Positions 23,811 to 37,700 of a stretch of DNA of 64,000 bases are shown piece after piece. Numbering within the stretch: the stretch's first letter is position 1; every line of letters starts with the position of its first letter. The stretch comes from Callorhinchus milii (taxonomy: Eukaryota). The position numbers and the translations under genes were made by a program. Where the stretch lies: the NCBI RefSeq assembly GCF_018977255.1, contig NW_024704747.1:19592001-19656000 (forward strand), written 5' to 3'. The notes under the pieces were generated by a model, which ran no database searches, was not told where the DNA came from, and saw only the letters and a list, made by a program, of their open reading frames with translations.

Positions 23811-25585
23811 CTTAGGAACATAGGAGCAGGAGTAGGCCATTCAGCCTTTCGTGCCTGTTCCGCCATTCAGTTAGATCATAGCTGATCTGTACCTCAACTA
23901 ATCCTGTCAATTCCAATTTCCCACTTTTTCCCCACAGTTCTTGATACCCTGACCTACAACAATCTATCAATCTCATTCTTGAAAGTGTGGATGGATCCAG
24001 CATCCACGGCCTTTTGGGGGAGATAGTTCCAGATTTCTATGCACCTTGAGTGAAAAAAATGCATCCTAATTTCACTCTTAAATAGACTGGTTCCAATTTT
24101 AAGATTGTGCCCCTTCTTTTGGATTCCCCCAACAGAGAAAATAGCTTTTTTGTATCTACGTTATCGAATCCCTTTATCACCTTAAACACCTCAATCAAAT
24201 CACCCCTCAACCTTTTAAACTCAAGGGAATACAATCTAAGTTTATGCAGCCTTTCCTCGTAACTTAACCCTTTAATGCTTGGTAACATTCTAGTGAGCCT
24301 GCACTGCACCCCCTCCAGGGCCAATATATCTTTCCTGAGGTGTGGTGCCCAAAACTGAACGCAGTACTTCAGATGGGGTCTGACCAATGCTCTTAACAAC
24401 TGAAGCATCATTTCTTCCCCTTTGTATTCCAGGCCCCTTGAGATAACGGCCAACATTCCATTCACCTTTTTGATTACTTTTTGCCCCTGGGAACTAGTTT
24501 TTAGTGGTTTGTGGATATGGACTTTGTTCATATGGACTTTATATCCCTTTGTTCCTCCACAATACTTAGTCTCTCCCCATGAAGAAAATATTCTGCTTTA
24601 CCTTTTTTCGGTCCATAGTGGATGACCTCGCACTTCCCTGCATTGAACTCCATCTGCCACAGCTTTGCCCACTCATTTAATCTGTCTAAGTCCCTTTGTA
24701 ACTTTGTCCTCCCATCTACACAACTTACTGAGCCTCCTAGTTTAGTGTCATCTGAAAACTTGGATATAAAGCTTTCTATTCCTTCATCCAAGTCATTTAT
24801 ATAATATGGCGAGAAGCTGAGGTCCCAGTACAGACCTCTGGGGGACATCACTTGTCACATCCCATAAATCAGATAATGTTCCCTTTATTCCTACTCTCTA
24901 TTTCCTGCCTCCCAATTAATTACCAAGCCACGTCATAAGGTTACCTCCGATTCCATGTGCTTCTATTTTTGCTAATAATCTTTTGTGCAGAACCTTATCA
25001 AATGCCTTCCAAACGTCCATATAAACAACATTCATAGACACTCTTTTATCTACCATTTTAGTGATCGCCTCAACAAATTCAACTAGATTAGTCAGACATG
25101 ACCTACCCTTCACAAACCCATGCTGACTCTCTTTGACTAATCTTGTCCAAGTGTTCAGTCACTCTATCCCTGATGATGGATTTCAGTCATTTCCCTACAA
25201 CTGACTTTAAGCTGACAGGTCTGTAGTTTCCTGGTTTCTCCCTCATTCCCTTCTTAAATAACGGGGTGACATTCACATTTTTTTCAATCTAATGGCACAA
25301 TTCCTGAATCTAGTGAGCTTTGGAAAATTATGACGAATGTATCTGCAATTTCCTCTTCTATTTTGTTTAACATCCTGGGGTGGAAACTATTAGCTCTTGG
25401 AGATTTGTTTATCTTGAGTCTCATTATTTTCTCCATTATTTTTATTTATATTAATTTTACTACACATTTCACTTTGACTTATTCTTACATTCCCCTGTAT
25501 GGCCGGTATTTTGTCCTCATCCTCGACTGTACAAGCAGTAGCAATTTCCTTATTTTCCGTAAAAGTCTCACCTCCTTCTGTCTTT
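23811..25585 (-). mobile_element. CR1 LINE, 5'-truncated (about 1.8 kb)
   Basis: Minus ORFs KGRSCLTNL, KAFDKV, YINDL..KFSDDTKL, LVRPHLKYCVQFWAP, RLRGDLIEVFK; cartilaginous-fish CR1-type 3' end (gaatggcctactcctgctcctatgttcc). Confidence 0.92.
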
Positions 25586-26659
25586 AATCCTTATTCAGAG
25601 ACAAAGGCACACCATTGATGATAATATTTGGATATCTGGCATGTGTAATTTTACAAACCTCAAAATATTGAGTGAAAAAATTGGGATTTGAACACATTTA
25701 ATCACAATTTAAACCCTTTGATTCTGATGTGAATACTCATCTGACAGAGCTGCGCATAGTGAATGCATGTGCTAAGCATTTTGTAGAATATGTATATACT
25801 GAAATCTGTATTCTATAAAAATATCTATTATTAGGACCAACTAAACAATATCATTAGTCACATAAACACAAAAGGTGTACTATTCATTTAGTATTATCAG
25901 CAGTTCAATTGTTGACATGAAATGTGCCAGATTCTGGTTTCTTGCAGGATAGGTGTCTGAATGAGCAGAGACATTGTATGTATAAAAAGTCAATAACCAG
26001 AAACATTCCTTCATCCAAAGCCTTGGGAGAATGTGGAACATAATCAACCAGAAGGGCCTTCAGGCAAAATTAATTCAGCAGTTTTAAATGAAGATGGATA
26101 AGTTTTTCGGAAGTAAGGGTGTAGGGATATGGGGAAAAGGCACAGTGAAAGACATGCAGTGATCTTAAAATTCGTGGAGGAGCTAAATGGGAAAATGGCT
26201 TCAGTTCTGCATTCAGAAAACTCCAACAAATTAGTAAGTACTGTATGTTTATACTGTTTAATGTACATCTCTTTGGTAGGATTTGTATCTATCCTCTCAG
26301 TAATTCATTGTAAAGGTGTCCATGAGGACGTGCAACTGGTAAAATATAGAGAATTGGAAGAATGCAGAAAGGTTTCACCCAACAAATATACAGCCAATTC
26401 ACTTTACAGTATATTCTGTGAGATGGTTTGAGACATCTCGAAGACATGATAAGGCGCTATATAAAATGCAAAGATTATTATTAAAGAGTTCACAAGGACA
26501 TGTGATTAGTAAAATATGGAGAATTGGAAGAATGCTGGAACACAATTAGTCTGTCATAAAATTTGCATGAAAACCCAAACAAGGAAGGTAGTTGACAAAC
26601 GTTTTATTCATTTTTAGTGCCTTTTCATGAAGACAAATATACAAATCTTGAAGATCAAT

Positions 26660-27631
26660 TTAGAAGGAATCCCTCATACGTCTGAAAGATCCAATAGTTG
26701 AACTGGAAGAGCCCCAGTCGCCGAATCGCCTGTACTCTCCGGGTCTCATGAAGTACTGGCGGCCTCTGTAGTTGGGCTGATCATACATGGTCCAATAGCC
26801 GTCCATCACATTGCAGGAGTGGATGTCACGGTAGCGGAAACGGTCATAGAGGGATGGGCAATCATCCATGAATTCCATCATCTGTCCTCCAAAGTCAGGT
26901 CTCTCATACACCCTCATTCTGTAGGAGCCACCTCTGTACTGCAATATAGAAACAAATGATTTGTGATGCAACTGTTATTATAGAGAAATGAAAAACAAAG
27001 TGTGATCGCAAGACTAACAATAATCTCAGCCCCTGTTTCTCTCTCATTGGAGATAATAGAGACTATATGTTTCCAAAATGTCCCAGAGAGATCAACAGTT
27101 GTATTTACCAAAGTTGCCTTTGAGTTAAAGTATGAGTTAGACAGTGAATCAGGGGAAATAATAATATAAATCAGAAATTCAGGATAAACTATTGCACAAA
27201 AGGCCAGAGGTGACATATATCAATGGCACACAACAATGTCTCAATTGTATGAAAAAATGAAGACCTTAAAGCTGAGACTTACATATGGGTATGTACGGCA
27301 TGATCTAATGCTGTCATTGTAGCCCATCCAGCGCTGGTAGTCAGGATACTCTCCCCTGTTCAGAACGTACTGGTATCCCATGTAATTGGGTTTCTCGTAC
27401 AGAACCCAGTAGTCACTGTCAACACGGATGGAGTTACAGCGGCTGAAGTAAGACTGCAGGTCGGCACAGTCAGTGCCGCACTCATAGTGCCGTCCCTGGA
27501 AGTTCCTGTCCTCGTAAAAGATGATCTGAAAAAAAGCCACAAGTTCAGTCAGTAATTTATCACATTCAGAGATCTGTGCTGTGAACTGTAAATACAACGT
27601 GAGAAATGAAGTTTGGCCTTACCTTTCCCAT
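26660..27631 (-). CDS. Gamma-crystallin gene 6, exons 27623-27631, 27283-27525, 26660-26938; 176 aa
   Basis: Intact exons, GT-AG sites. Confidence 0.95.
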
Positions 27632-28357
27632 TTTGAGCTCACAGTTAACTCAGCAACTGAGTGGATGTGCCATTGCTTCCCACAGCCTGGTATTTATACA
27701 CTGGACAGAGAGGACACTGTGAGGAATACTTTTGTTATTCTAATGACTTAGGTCTGATCATCAGCAAAACACTTACAGAATGAAGCACCCACAGTTGCAG
27801 AAAGACACCTGTATTCATATCTACAGCAAGATCATCCATCCTTTTCATTTTGCTTTCGCATCATTTACATTGTTCTGTGACAACAAATCCCCAGTGTTAA
27901 ATTTACAACTGTTTGCACTTTGCTGATTCAGTGTTGATTGTTTACTGATATTTGAATATATTTGATCTTGATAAAATATTTTAAGATGGAAAACTATTCA
28001 GAAGGCCATGTGTTTTTCTAAATTACTTTTAAGTATTTCTATACATGGAGTATCAGAATGATATATTTGATGTTTTGTGCCCCTGTTCTCTTTAATTCAC
28101 ACTCCTATAGCCTGAGACCATTCTCTGTATTGTTGTCCAGATCAATTGAGTGTCACATGACTTGGTTGCCGCTCTTTGAATGGTATATTATTCAATCTGT
28201 TCACAATGAACTACACTGGGTCTGCTTTAGTCCATGACACTTTCCTGTCACTCACCTTTCCTCAGTTAGTTTATCTGTGACACCGTGACAGTTTATACAG
28301 CTTCACTACACTATCCTGCTTCCAATCTTCTAACGGTTTCTTTACCTGTCCCCAAAT

Positions 28358-28607
28358 ATAATAATAACAACAACAACAACAACAACAAGATTCCATTGAT
28401 AGAGCGCCTTTCACGTCGGGAGGACGTCCCAAGGTGCTGTACAGTAGGGTCAGGACCCGAGCATTGGGGGGAAATGATCAGGGTGAGGGGAGGGAAGGGA
28501 GAGAGCGAGGAGGGGGTAGAGAGTCGAGAAGGGAGCTGAAGGCATGGTCAAAGAGAAAGGTCTTTGCATTTGATATAACGCTTTTCACGTCTTCTCGACA
28601 TCTCAAA
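28358..28607 (-). mobile_element. L2 3' end abutting a SINE tail
   Basis: (TTG)n/(TTA)n tail and KTFLFDHAF terminus, same subfamily as 49941-51030; SINE tail at 28563-28607. Confidence 0.75.
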
Positions 28608-29787
28608 TGTGAACTAATAGTGTTCCTCAGAACTCCTTTGCGAGTCTCTTTCATTTTACTTGTCTCCATGCTTTCACTTACTGGCGTCATTTGTGTGCAT
28701 AGGGGCCATATCTATATATATGTAATATGTACATGCATGACAGCAAACTCAATTCAAGATTTATAGGCTCCATATGTAATGCACGGGTTATTATTATATT
28801 ACAATGCAATCACTAAGCCTGAGGCCAGTCTAAGAACGTGCTGCCTTGGATTCATTCAGACTTCAAGCCGATATCTTACACATTTTTGATCAATTCAGCA
28901 AGTTCCTGAAATAGGTCATTTCCCCAGGGAAAAATGGATGCAAAGCATTAGATTGCAAATTCCAGCACTTATCAAAGGTCAAAGCAGTCATACAGCTGGA
29001 TCAAGGTCAAGATCTATCTACAGAGGTAATATCCGTGTGGTTAAATGGGTCATTTAACGATTCTCCAAAAGTCCTTCCAGTAAAACAATTTGCATAACTG
29101 AAGGATAGAGGAATAAGATTGATGAAAAGCCATATAACATTAATGTGAATGAAACAGTTCAGAAGCTTTGGCAAAGGAGCTTTCCACAAATCTAATCGGT
29201 AGAGCTGGAAGATTGTGGAAACACTTGAGTTTTTCAATAATGTTACAAATGGGAGAGAAACAGACCCATTCATTATTTCTAATGCGTCCAATTGTTCTTT
29301 TAAAAGTTCGCAATTAACTTTAGTCCATGACATGATCTTAGATATAATAATGATAATCCTTATCACGTCATTGAGACATCTCAAAGCGCTTCACAGGATA
29401 TACTGTAAAGTAAATTAATTGTAGTTTTTGTGGGCAAAATGCAGCAGTCAATTGCGCACAGCAGTGTCCCGCCAACAGTCATGGATTAAATGACCAAGTT
29501 ATTTATTTATGTTTGAAAGGATTCAAGGTGGTTAAAAGTGAATCCTCACACATTGGTTTTTGTGAGATTGTGAAATGCCTGGCCCCAAAATGTTCTTGTT
29601 AATGCATAAGGACATGCTTGCACATCCACTTGAACAAAAACATACACTATTGATGATACATTTTGGAATATACTGTATGAATAATATTACAGACCTCAAA
29701 ATATTGAGTGTAAAATACTAGGATTTATGCTAAACTAATTGAGGTTTTAAGGAAAGATGGATAAGTGCATCAGAAGTAAGAACAGTC

Positions 29788-30860
29788 TTGTGCGATGTTC
29801 CTCAGGACTCTGTCCTCGGTCCCCTCCTCTTCAACTTCTACATGCGCCCTCTTAGTGACATCATCTGCAGACATGGGGTCAACTTCCACATGTTTACAGA
29901 TGACACCCAACTCTATCTCTCTGCCTCCACCCTCGATTCCAGGACAACTGAAGCCCTGACATACAATCTGCCAGACATCAAGTCCTGGATGAGAACCAAC
30001 TTTCTACAGCTGAATGTCAGCAAGACAGAGGCCCTCCTGATTGGCTCGCGCCAGCGCCTCCACATCTCAGGAACTGGCAGTATCCAGGGATGCACACACC
30101 ACCTCACCAAGCCAGTCAGGAACCTGGGCGTCTTGTTCGACCCCTCAACTGTTCTTTCTCCCCGATATCCGTGCCATGACACACTCTGCCTTCCCCCACC
30201 TCCGCAATATTGCCCAACTGCGCCACAGCCTCACCTCTCAGGCTGCCAAAACCCTCATATACACATTCGCTTGACTCCAGAAACGCCTTCCTTGTCAACC
30301 TTCCCAACTCTTCCCTCCACAAGCTGCAGATCATTCAGAACTCTGCAGCTCATTTCTTCTCCCATACCAGACACCATGATCCCATCACCCCCACCCTCTC
30401 ATGGCTCCATTGGCTCTCCATCCCTCAGAGGATAGAATTCAAAATCCTCGTCCTCACCTTCAAGGACTCCACGGCCTTGCCCCCTCCTACCTCTCTGACC
30501 TGCTGACCCTCTATCAACCTGTCCGCTCCCTTCATTCAGCAGGCTCCGGCCTGCTCCATGCTTCCTGCCTGATCCGCTCTCCAATTGGCAGCTGGGCTTT
30601 CAGCCTCTCTTCCCCCACTCATTGGAACTCTATCTCACAATCCCTTCACCTTGCTGCTACCCTTGCCTCCTTCAACGCCGCACTCAAGATCCTCCTTTTC
30701 GACCATGCCTTCGGCCGCTCGCCTACCTCTCTGCCCTTCCTCATCTCAACCCTGCCCCCGACCACGCTCGGGTACTGATTCCTGACTGCTCAGTGCCTTG
30801 GGACGTCCTTCCAACATGAAAAGCGCTTTAAGAAAAGTGTTTTTAAAACTGTTGTTGGTG
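29788..30860 (+). mobile_element. L2 LINE, 5'-truncated
   Basis: [41 protein letters not shown]; TTG tail. Confidence 0.9.
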
Positions 30861-31237
30861 TTGTAAGGGATACAGGGAAAACAGCAGAGTTAAGGACATG
30901 CAGTGATCTTCAAAATTGGTGGAGCAGCTAAATACGAAAATGGCTTCTATTCCACCTTCTGAAAGCAGAAAATGTATGTTTTTGTTGTTTAGTGTAATTC
31001 TCTTTGGTAGAATTTGTATCCATGCAATGAGTAATTCAGTGTAAAGTGTCCATGAGGGCACGTGACTATTATAATTATAATTACTATTATAATATGGAGA
31101 ATTGAATTGAAAGCAGAAACACAATTAGACTGTTGTGTTGGTTGCATGAAAACCTAAACAATGAAGGTAAAAGCCAAATGTTTTATTCACGTTTAGTTTC
31201 ATTTCAATGAAGGCAAATAAAATTCATCAATAGCAAT

Positions 31238-31994
31238 TTAGAAGGAATCCCTCATACGTCTGAAAGATCCAATAGTTGAGCAGCTGCTGCCCCAGTCGCT
31301 GAATCGCCTGTACTCTCCGGGTCTCATGAAGTACTGGCGGCCTCTGTAGTTGGGCTGATCATACATGGTCCAGTAGCCGTCCATCACGTTGCAGGAGTGG
31401 ATGTCACGGTAGCGGAAACGATCATAGACGGATGGGCAATCATCCATGAATTCCATCATTTGTCCTCCAAAGTCAGGTCTCTCGTACACCCTCATTCTGT
31501 AGGAGCCACCTCTGTACTGCAATATAGAAACAAATGATTTATGATGCAGCTGTAGCAAATTCACATTCTTATAGAGAACTAAATGAAGAGCACACACCAT
31601 CTCTAAATTGTTTGAAAGAATAAGCACCTTAAAACTGTCACTTACATATGGATGTGTACGGCATGATCTGATGTTGTCATTGAAGCCCATCCAGCGCTGG
31701 TAGTCAGGATACTCTCCCCTGGTCAGAACATACTGGTATCCCATGTAATTGGGTCTCTCGTACAGAACCCAGTAGTCACTGTCAACACGGATGGAGTTAC
31801 AGCGGCTGAAGTAAGACTGCAGGTCGGCACAGTCAGAGCTGCACTCATAGTGCCGTCCCTGGAAGTTCCTGTCCTCGTAAAAGATGATCTGAAAAAAAGC
31901 CACACGTTCAGTCAGTAATTTATCACATTCAGAGATCTGTGCTGTGAACTGTAAATACAACGTGAGAAATGAAGTTTGGCCTTACCTTTCCCAT
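31238..31994 (-). CDS. Gamma-crystallin gene 7, exons 31986-31994, 31646-31888, 31238-31516; 176 aa
   Basis: Intact exons; 129-nt intron 2 is in frame and stop-free (ORF 31238..31960). Confidence 0.95.
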
Positions 31995-33270
31995 TTTGAG
32001 TTCACAGTTAACTCAGCAACTGAGTGGATGTGCCATTGCTTCTCACAGCCTGGTATTTATACACTGGACAGAGAGGACACTGTGAGGAATACTTTTGTTA
32101 TTCTAATGATTTGGGTCTGATCATCAGCAAAAAAGTTACAAAACAAAACTCCCCATTCCAGAAGAATACCTATATTATTACCTATAGTGGGATCATCCAT
32201 CCTTTTCATTTTGCTTTCACACCTTTTACTTTGTTCTGTGACAACAAAAAACTCTTAGTGTTGAGTTTTGCAACTCTGCAGTTTGTTGTAGTCTATGTGT
32301 TATTTTATGACATTTTAACCAAATAAGTAACATGTTTGAAAATGAAAAAANCAATCAGCAGATCATCATATTCATTGTTCGTCAGCAGATCAAAATTGCA
32401 GCGGAAGTGTTTTTGTTTAACACGTATTTCTACCCCATGTGGAGCATTAGAATTTTTATGTTCTGTGTGTTTTTTTCCCTTTTTCTCATTGTCTCACACT
32501 CCTATAGCCTAAGACCATTCTCATTATTGTTGTCCAGATCACCTGACTTAGTTGCAGTACTTGAAATAATTCATTATTTAGTCTGGAACCAGCTTATGTT
32601 GTTTACTATCCTATAGTTTCCCATTCCTCATCTTTCCTCTAATTGTTTATCTCTGACACAATTATACAGCTTTGTTACAATGCCCTGGCAACACTAAATG
32701 TTTCTCTTCCTGTCACCACACTCTTACATGTGTTCCTCAAGAACTTCGTCCATGGCCCCTTCTCTATATTTCTCGACAAATTTCCCCTTGGTGTAGGCAT
32801 GGGCTCTACTTCTATATGTACACAAATGACATTCAGCTCAATACGTATTCTGTATACGATTTATATCAAATGCAAGGATTATTATTATATTGCAAAGCAA
32901 TATAATCATATATAATGATATATAAGCAATATAAGCATGAAGCAAGTCAAAGAAAGTGGTGCTCTTGGATTCTACCTGGCCTCAAGCCCGTTTCTTGTAC
33001 TTTTTGAGGGCAATTCCTGAAATAGCTAATTTCTCCCATCAAATAATAGGTTGTGCAGATCTCAGCCCAAGTCAAAAGTCAAAGCCATATGTGATAATCA
33101 ACATTTCTACATAGAGGTAATGTATGTTAGTTTATGCGTAAGATTAACGTTTCTACAAAAGTCCTTCCTGTAAAAGAAAAGTTTATGACTGAAGGATAGA
33201 GGAATAAGATTGGTGAAGGGCCATGTAACATTCATGGAAATGGTTCAGAAACGTTGGCAAAGGAGGTTCC

Positions 33271-33700
33271 ACAACAACAACAAACAAACAACAAAATTAC
33301 ATTTGTATAGGGCCTTTCACATTGAGAGGACGTCCCAGAGTGCTGGACGATCGGTGTTTTGATACTGGCTGCAGGTCGGGATCGGGGAGGGTGGAGGGCA
33401 GGGGGTAAAGAGGGTGACCGAAGGCATGTACGAAGAGGAGGGTCTTGAGACATGTCTTGAAGGAGGCAACGGAAGAGGCGAAGTGGAGGGACTGTGCGAT
33501 AGAATTCCAGGGAGTGAATCAGAGTGGCTGGGGCCCACCCGCCAATGGTGGGGCAGGCAAGGCGGGGACGTGAAGCAGGCCAGGGCCTACTGAGCGGAGG
33601 ACGCAGGCAGGTTGGTAGGGGGTTAGGAGGTCGCAGAGGTAGGGGGGAGCAAGGCCATGGAGGGTTTTGAAAGTGAGAACCAGGACCTTGAACTGTATCC
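33271..33700 (-). mobile_element. L2 LINE 3' fragment
   Basis: (TTG)n tail and L2 terminal stem-loop; similar to the 3' part of the L2 at 1244. Confidence 0.8.
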
Positions 33701-34049
33701 AGTTGGTGCAGTTGGTTGGTTATGGAATTCTATTAATGTTGTAAATTGGAGAAAAAATGGTCCCATTCGTTGTTGCTAATCTTTTCAGTTACTTTTTTCA
33801 GTTACTCTTGTAAAAGTCCTCAGTGAACACTTCTGATTCAGCTTGATTCCATGACATAACTTTGAATTAGATTGAAGGTGGTTTAAACTGAGTCCAGAAA
33901 ACATTTCTTCACACATCGGCTTGTGCTCTTGTTAAATGCACAGCCTCAAAAAGATCCTGTAAATGCGTAAGGGCATGTCTGCACCTTCCCCATAAAAGAA
34001 GACAAAAATATCTTGATAATACTTTTGAAGCACACTATTGATGCAAATC

Positions 34050-35397
34050 AACTTCTCTCAGACCTCTCCCTCCACTGCCTACTCGAACCCCTGCAGTCTG
34101 GGTTTCGTGCTGCCCATAGCACAGTGACAGCACTCATTGAAGTAATAAATGACGTCCTCTCTCTCTGTGACCAGGGCTCCCCCTGCCTCCTCATTCTCCC
34201 AGACCTCTCCACCATGATTGACCCAGTCAATCCTGCTATTTTCCTCCACCGCCTCTCCTCCCTCACCCAACTTAGTGCTGCCTCACTAACATGGTTTGAG
34301 CCCTACTTAACAAACCGCCAGCAATACATCTTGGCAAACGATTTTTCCTCTCGCCCCCACCTGGTTATCTGTGCGGTACCCCAAGGCTCCATCCTCAGCC
34401 CCCTTCTTTTCCATATCTACATGCTAACTCTCAGGGATGTCATCCACACACATGGGGTGAACTTCCACATGTATGCGGATGATGCCCAAATCTACTTCTT
34501 CTCCTCCAGCGACAACTCCAAATGCACTGATGTCCTGTCAACTTGTTTGTTGGACATCAAGGACTGCATGAGCGCAAATTTCCGGCAGCTGCATGTCAGC
34601 AAGACGGAAACCATACGTCTTGGTTCCCATCAACATTTCCTTCCTGCGGCTCTGAACTCCTCAACCTCCCCAGCCTTTCCCTCAGGCGCACCGAACCTGT
34701 GTGCAACTTAGGTTTTAGGTTCAATCTCCAGCTTTCCTTTCTATCCCACATCCGAGCCCTGAACAGGATGGCTTTTTCAACCTCCATCACATTGCCTGCC
34801 TCCATCCATATCTCACAACCACTGCAGCGAAAACCCTCATCCACACTTTCGTCACTTCTCGGCTGGACAATTCCAATGCCCTTCTCGCTGGTCTCCCCAG
34901 CTCCACCATACACAAAATTCCATTAATTCAAACCTCCGCTGCCTGGATACTCACGCACACAGAACTCTGTATTCGTACCACACCAGTCCTTGCCAGGCGC
35001 CACTGGCTCCCAATTACTGAACTGATCGATTTCAAGATCCTCTCTCCCGTTTTCAATCCCTTCATGCCCTCTCACCTCCACACCTATTCTGATCTGCTTA
35101 CCCCACCCATTCACCATCTGCTGCATCCGCTCAGCTGGCTTCGGCTTTCTGTTTCGCTCCACAATCAATGGTCATTCCTTTAGCTAATGCACCCTGACAC
35201 TCTTCCTAAATTCCTCCACCTTGCCCACTACCTCCCCATTTGCAAATCCCGCCTAAAGACCTTCCTTTTTGATCGTGCTTATGGTAACGTCATCCCTCCC
35301 TCTCCCCCTGGTTCGGTATCAGACTCCACCACTATCAAGTGCTCCGGGGCGTTACCCTGCATAAACAGCTCTATATAAATGCAAGTTGTTGTTGTTG
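34050..35397 (+). mobile_element. L2 LINE, older subfamily, 5'-truncated
   Basis: [37 protein letters not shown]; TTG tail. Confidence 0.9.
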
Positions 35398-35694
35398 ACA
35401 GTTTTACAGACTTCAAAACATTGAGTAAAAACACTGGGATTTCAACATTTTTATTGTTTACTTAGTGTAAATTTCTTTGTTAGGATTTGTATCTATCTTA
35501 TCAGTAATTCTGTGTGAAGGTATTCATGTGAACAGGTGACGTTGGTAAAATATGGAGAATTGGAAGAATGCTGGACCACAATTTTTTGTTGTACAGTTTA
35601 CATGAAAACCAGGACAATGTAGCTGATAGGCAAGTGTTTTATTCATTTTTAGTGCCTTTTCATGAAGACAAATATACAAATCTTGAAGATCAAT

Positions 35695-36676
35695 TTAGAA
35701 TGAATCCCTCATACGTCTGAAAGATCCAATAGTTGAGCTGGAAGCGCCCCAGTCACTGAATCGCCTGTACTCTCCGGGTCTCATGAAGTACTGGCGGCCT
35801 CTGTAGTTGGGCTGATCATACATGGTCCAGTAGCCGTCCATCACGTTGCAGGAGTGGATGTCACGGTAGCGGAAACGGTCATAAACGGATGGGCAATCAT
35901 CCATGAATTCCATCATCTGTCCTCCAAAGTCAGGTCTCTCGTGCACCCTCATTCTGTAGGAGCCACCTCTGTACTGGAATACAAAAACAGATGATTTGTG
36001 ATGCAGCTGTTATTATAGAGAAATGAAAAGCAAAGGGTGATCATAAGAATAACAATAATCTCAGCCCCCTGTTTCTGTCTCATTGGAGATAATATTGATA
36101 TAGAGACTACATTTTTCCAAAATGTCCCAGAGAGATCAACAGTTGTATTTACCAACGTTGCCTTTGAGTTAAAATGTGAGTTAGACAGTGAATCAGGGGG
36201 AATAATAATATAAATCAGAAATTCAGGATGAACTATTGCGTAAAAAGCCAGAGGTGACATATATCAATGGCACACAACAATGTCTCAATTGTATGAAAAA
36301 ATGAGGACCTTAAAGCTGAGACTTACATATGGGTATGTACGGCATGATCTAATGCTGTCATTGTAGCCCATCCAGCGTTGGTAGTCAGGATACTCTCCCC
36401 TGTTCAGAACGTACTGGTATCCCATGTAATTGGGTCTCTCATACAGAACCCAGTAGTCACTGTCAACGCGGATGGAGTTGCAGCGGCTGAAGTAAGACTG
36501 CAGGTCGGCACAGTCAGTGCTGCACTCATAGTGCCGTCCCTGGAAGTTCCTGTCCTCGTAAAAGATGATCTGAGAAAAGACACACAAGTTCAGTCAGTAA
36601 TTTATCAAATTCAGAGATCTGTGCTGTGAACTGTGAATACAACGTGAGAAATAAAGTTTGGCCTTACCTTTCCCAT
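35695..36676 (-). CDS. Gamma-crystallin gene 8, exons 36668-36676, 36327-36569, 35695-35973; 176 aa
   Basis: Intact exons, GT-AG; Tyr-to-His in [10 protein letters not shown]. Confidence 0.95.
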
Positions 36677-37323
36677 TTTGAGCTCACAGTTAACTCAGCA
36701 ACTGAGTGGATGTGCCATTGCTTCCCACAGCCTAGTATTTATACACTGGACAGAGAGGACACTGTGAGGAATACTTTTGTTATTCTAATGACTTGGGTCT
36801 GATCATCAGCAGAAAAAGTTACAGAACAAAACCCCCCATTGCAGAGACACCTGTATTCATACCTATAGTGGGATCGTCCATCCTTTTCATTTTGCTTTCA
36901 CATCATTTACGTTGTTCTGTGACAACAAAAGTCTCTTAATGTTGAGTTTTTCAACTCTGCAGTTTGCTGATTCTATCTGGGTATTTTAATGAACTTTTAA
37001 CAGAATTGTGTACGTAAAATATTTGAAAATTAAAAAGCACTCAGCAGATCATCATTTACATTTTTCTTCACAAATCGGTTTATGTGATTGTGGAATGCAT
37101 GGCCCAAAATAGATCACATTTGCTGCCTCGGATATATTTGGTTTAAAATGTTTTTTATTATTATTATCATTATTATTATTATAAATGTTTTGAGAGAAAA
37201 ATTCAGCAATAAAATTGTTCAGAAGCCTCCATTTTGGTAATATTTTAAGCTTTTTTTTATTATGTTAATACTTAGGAAAGGAGAAAAGCTTCTGTAACAT
37301 TTCTGTTTTTTGGGAATGGGATG

Positions 37324-37700
37324 ATAATAACAATAACAATCCTTGCATTTGATATAGCGCCTTATGATGTCTGCGAGACATCTTACAGAGCTTCACAGAA
37401 TAGTTGACAAAGTGAAATTGCTTTATATTTTGTGGGAGAAACTCAGCAGCCAATTGCGCACAGCTTTGCCCCACAAACAGTCGTGATTTGAGTGACCGAA
37501 TTTTTTTTTGTAGAAGAAATTATTACCCCCGGAAAAGAGATCCACCAATCAGCTAACAATGGGATTCCTGCTTACAGCTAGGTAAACAGAAGTGTGTGGA
37601 GTAAAGAAACTTGCGTAACATTTTTCCATGCCCAGGAATCAAACACAGGTCCTCTCGCTTGCTAGGCAAGTGCTCTAACCCACACGCTAGGAGATTCCAC
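37324..37700 (-). mobile_element. tRNA-derived SINE, full length
   Basis: tRNA-like head with box A/B remnants, body, L2-like 3' end and (TTA)n tail. Confidence 0.85.

Noticed and set aside
31889-31960. N-terminal extension [16 protein letters not shown].. in the ORF track
   Set aside because: Translation of intron 1 from a TTG; the true start is the 9-nt exon 1.
32351-32351. Single ambiguous base n
   Set aside because: Assembly ambiguity in a non-coding flank, not a feature.
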